DNA of 11,013 nucleotides from a bacterium. GTDB lineage: Bacteria > Fidelibacterota > Marinisomatia > Marinisomatales > UBA1611. Shown here in pieces: positions 8,855 to 11,013 of this stretch; the stretch's first letter is position 1; the number at the start of each line of letters is the position of its first letter. The position numbers were made by a program, and so were the translations under genes. Location: positions 1 through 11,013 of the forward strand of contig JAYPIC010000058.1 of assembly GCA_038127595.1 (NCBI GenBank), read 5' to 3'. The notes under the pieces are model-generated. The model saw nothing but the letters and a program-made list of their open reading frames with translations. It was not told where the DNA came from and did not search any database.

Positions 8855-9462
8855 TAAAAATTGGCGTATTAGAGCTACAAGGTAATTTTGAATCACACCA
8901 TAAAATTTTAAAGAAATTAGGGTATGATTCTGTTGGTGTGAAAAGCTCCAGTGATTTAGATTGTCTTGACGGCCTAGTTTTACCCGGTGGAGAGTCAACT
9001 ACAATGTCGCTACTAATTGACTCTTTTAATCTACGGGATTCATTATTAGATTTTTCTGTAAATAAACCGATTTTAGGTACCTGTGCTGGATTAATTTTAA
9101 TGGCTAAAAATATTGAAAATGAATCGAAAGTTAATCCACTTGGAATACTCGATATTACTGTAGATAGAAATGCATATGGTAGGCAAATCATGTCAAAAAA
9201 AGAAAAAATAAACATGAAATTCGATTCTAAGCTAGTCGACTTCGAAGTCACTTTAATTAGGGCTCCAAAGATCATAGAAATAGGTGATGAAACCCAGGTT
9301 ATACTAGATCTAGTTGACTCTCCAATAGCTGTATACAATGGAATGCATATGGGGTTAACTTTTCATCCTGAACTAAATGGTGTGACTTTATTTCATGATA
9401 GTCTTTTTAGAGGATCAGTAAATTCAAATTTTCAAGCTCCAGAAAATATTAATGCAGCTTAA
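8851..9462 (+). CDS. pdxT: Pyridoxal 5'-phosphate synthase glutaminase subunit
   Basis: [22 protein letters not shown] (catalytic Cys), [11 protein letters not shown] and FHPEL (His, Glu). GTG start overlaps the pdxS stop (GTGA), with AGGAG upstream. Confidence 0.95.
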   Translation: MIKIGVLELQGNFESHHKILKKLGYDSVGVKSSSDLDCLDGLVLPGGESTTMSLLIDSFNLRDSLLDFSVNKPILGTCAGLILMAKNIENESKVNPLGILDITVDRNAYGRQIMSKKEKINMKFDSKLVDFEVTLIRAPKIIEIGDETQVILDLVDSPIAVYNGMHMGLTFHPELNGVTLFHDSLFRGSVNSNFQAPENINAA

Positions 9463-11013
9463 ATACCTACCAAATATTAAATCTCCTAAAGATTTGAAAA
9501 AACTTGATTCGGAAGAACTACATACTTTGTGCGAAGAGTTGCGTTTTTACACCATTAATACAATAACTGAGATTGGAGGCCATCTTGCTCCAACCTTAGG
9601 AGTGGTTGAACTTACTACTGCTCTACATTATGTATACAATACGCCAGAAGATAAATTAGTTTGGGATGTTGGACACCAGGCATATGCTCATAAATTATTG
9701 ACTGGTAGATTTGAAGAATTCCCAAGTATAAGACAATATGGCGGTCTTAGTGGTTTTCTAAAACGTAGTGAGAGTGAATTTGATGTTTTTGGTGCAGGGC
9801 ATGCTTCAACTGCAATTTCTGCCGCTCTTGGTATGTCTGAAGCTAGATATCAAAATAAAAAAGATTACAAGGTTGTATCTGTCATTGGTGATGGGGCTAT
9901 GACTGGAGGTTTAGCCTTTGAGGCTATTAATAATGCTGGACATTTAGGTAGGCAGATAACTGTTATTTTGAATGATAACGAAATGTCTATTAGTCCCAAT
10001 GTCGGGGCAATAAGCAAATACTTCACGAGACTGATTTCTAATCCTACTTACAATAAGCTTAAACAAGAAGCTTGGGGAATGACAAAAAAGCTTCCTTTAG
10101 CAAAAGGTACTATACAATCATTTTTGAGTAGGCTAGACAAAAGTATTAAAAATATTATTGTTCCAGGGATGTTATTTGAAGAAATGGGCTTTAGGTACTT
10201 TGGACCAATAGATGGACACGATTTAGATGAAGTAATTAAAACTTTAGAAATGATAAAGGACCTTGATAGACCTGTTTTATTACATGTGCTAACAAAAAAA
10301 GGTAAAGGAATGTCCGTAGCTGAGGATAATCCAGTAAAGTATCATGGAGTAAAAGCAAATGGAAACTCCAATGGAAGTACAAATGGAAAAGCATCAAAAA
10401 TTAAAAAAAATAGCATACCTTCCTTTCAGGATGTTTTTGGGCACCTTGCGTGTGAGGTAGCTGATCTTCGAAAAGATACTGTATGCATTACTGCTGCTAT
10501 GCGAGAAGGTACGGGTTTGGTTCCTTATGAAAAGAAATTTAAGGATAGGTATTATGATGTAGGTATAGCAGAGGGACATGCTGTAACATTTTCTGCTGGG
10601 CTGGCAACTCAGGGCATAAGGCCAATTGTAGCTATATATTCTACTTTTTTGCAAAGAGCATTCGATCATATAGTGCATGATGTTTGTGTGCAGAATTTAC
10701 CTGTCATTTTTTGTATGGATAGAGCTGGCATTGCTGGCGAGGATGGACCTACTCATCATGGTGCTCTAGACATCGCTTATTTTAGATGTATTCAAGGCGT
10801 AGTACTAGCTGCTCCGAAAAATGGTAATGAGTTTAGAGATTTACTATATACCGCACTAAACCATAGTGGTCCTGTTGGTATACGTTATCCAAAATTTAGT
10901 TCAATAGAATTTGATGAAGTTGGCCAAGCCAATATGCTTCCAATAGGTTCTTGGGATGTTGAAAAAAAAGGAGATGATTTGGTAGTTCTTGCAGTAGGTC
11001 CAATGGTATATAG
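9452..11013 (+). CDS. dxs: 1-deoxy-D-xylulose-5-phosphate synthase, partial (runs off the window end)
   Basis: Hand translation from ATG 9452: [18 protein letters not shown]...GGHLAPTLGVVELT...WDVGHQAYAHKLLTGR...GAGHAST...IGDGAMTGG...ILNDNEMSIS (ThDP motif)...GPIDGHD...DVGIAEGHA...YSTFLQR...DRAG...DGPTHHG...IRYP. Open to the window end. Not in the ORF track. Confidence 0.97.
   Translation, partial: MQLKYLPNIKSPKDLKKLDSEELHTLCEELRFYTINTITEIGGHLAPTLGVVELTTALHYVYNTPEDKLVWDVGHQAYAHKLLTGRFEEFPSIRQYGGLSGFLKRSESEFDVFGAGHASTAISAALGMSEARYQNKKDYKVVSVIGDGAMTGGLAFEAINNAGHLGRQITVILNDNEMSISPNVGAISKYFTRLISNPTYNKLKQEAWGMTKKLPLAKGTIQSFLSRLDKSIKNIIVPGMLFEEMGFRYFGPIDGHDLDEVIKTLEMIKDLDRPVLLHVLTKKGKGMSVAEDNPVKYHGVKANGNSNGSTNGKASKIKKNSIPSFQDVFGHLACEVADLRKDTVCITAAMREGTGLVPYEKKFKDRYYDVGIAEGHAVTFSAGLATQGIRPIVAIYSTFLQRAFDHIVHDVCVQNLPVIFCMDRAGIAGEDGPTHHGALDIAYFRCIQGVVLAAPKNGNEFRDLLYTALNHSGPVGIRYPKFSSIEFDEVGQANMLPIGSWDVEKKGDDLVVLAVGPMVY
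10358..10393 (+). repeat. Imperfect in-frame 12-bp tandem repeat (x3) within dxs
   Basis: AATGGAAACTCC AATGGAAGTACA AATGGAAAAGCA, encoding NGNS-NGST-NGKA. Confidence 0.65.

Noticed and set aside
6148..10678. Minus-strand ORFs 6148-6339, 6934-7206, 8239-8619, 8790-9338 and 10394-10678
   Set aside because: Antisense to nrnA, ispH, pdxS, pdxT and dxs, with no independent coding evidence.
11011..11013. Terminal TAG as a premature dxs stop or pseudogene
   Set aside because: Out of frame. The dxs frame reads ...ATG GTA TAT AG, so the gene simply continues beyond the window.
1..11013. CRISPR array, tRNA/rRNA, riboswitch (B12, TPP), IS/prophage or defence system
   Set aside because: Nearly all bases are assigned to housekeeping CDSs. 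The only intergenic gap (94 bp, AT-rich) is too short and lacks such motifs, and I saw no spaced repeats, transposase or integrase signatures, or compositional break.

Overview
AT-rich (roughly one third GC by eye, not computed), very densely packed bacterial core-metabolism region. Left half: the distal part of a Na+-translocating NADH:quinone oxidoreductase operon (partial nqrC, nqrD, nqrE, nqrF), then the flavin transferase apbE and a 57-aa nqrM (DUF539) maturation gene. nqrM is absent from the ORF track and lies on the opposite strand, convergent with apbE. A 94-bp divergent intergenic region follows. Right half: a gap-free run of seven overlapping or abutting genes: IT-superfamily putative Na+/H+ antiporter, PduO-type cobalamin adenosyltransferase, NrnA-like DHH phosphoesterase, ispH, pdxS, pdxT and a partial dxs (also absent from the ORF track). 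I found no mobile elements, RNA genes, CRISPR arrays or defence systems, and no evidence of a wholly new biological system. The points worth a second look are the inverted nqrM, a terminator-like hairpin inside the 5' end of apbE, a symmetric divergent promoter region, and a repeat-derived replacement of a DXS active-site-adjacent loop. The compact layout and gene content suggest a streamlined marine bacterium, possibly FCB group/Marinimicrobia-like (inference only).
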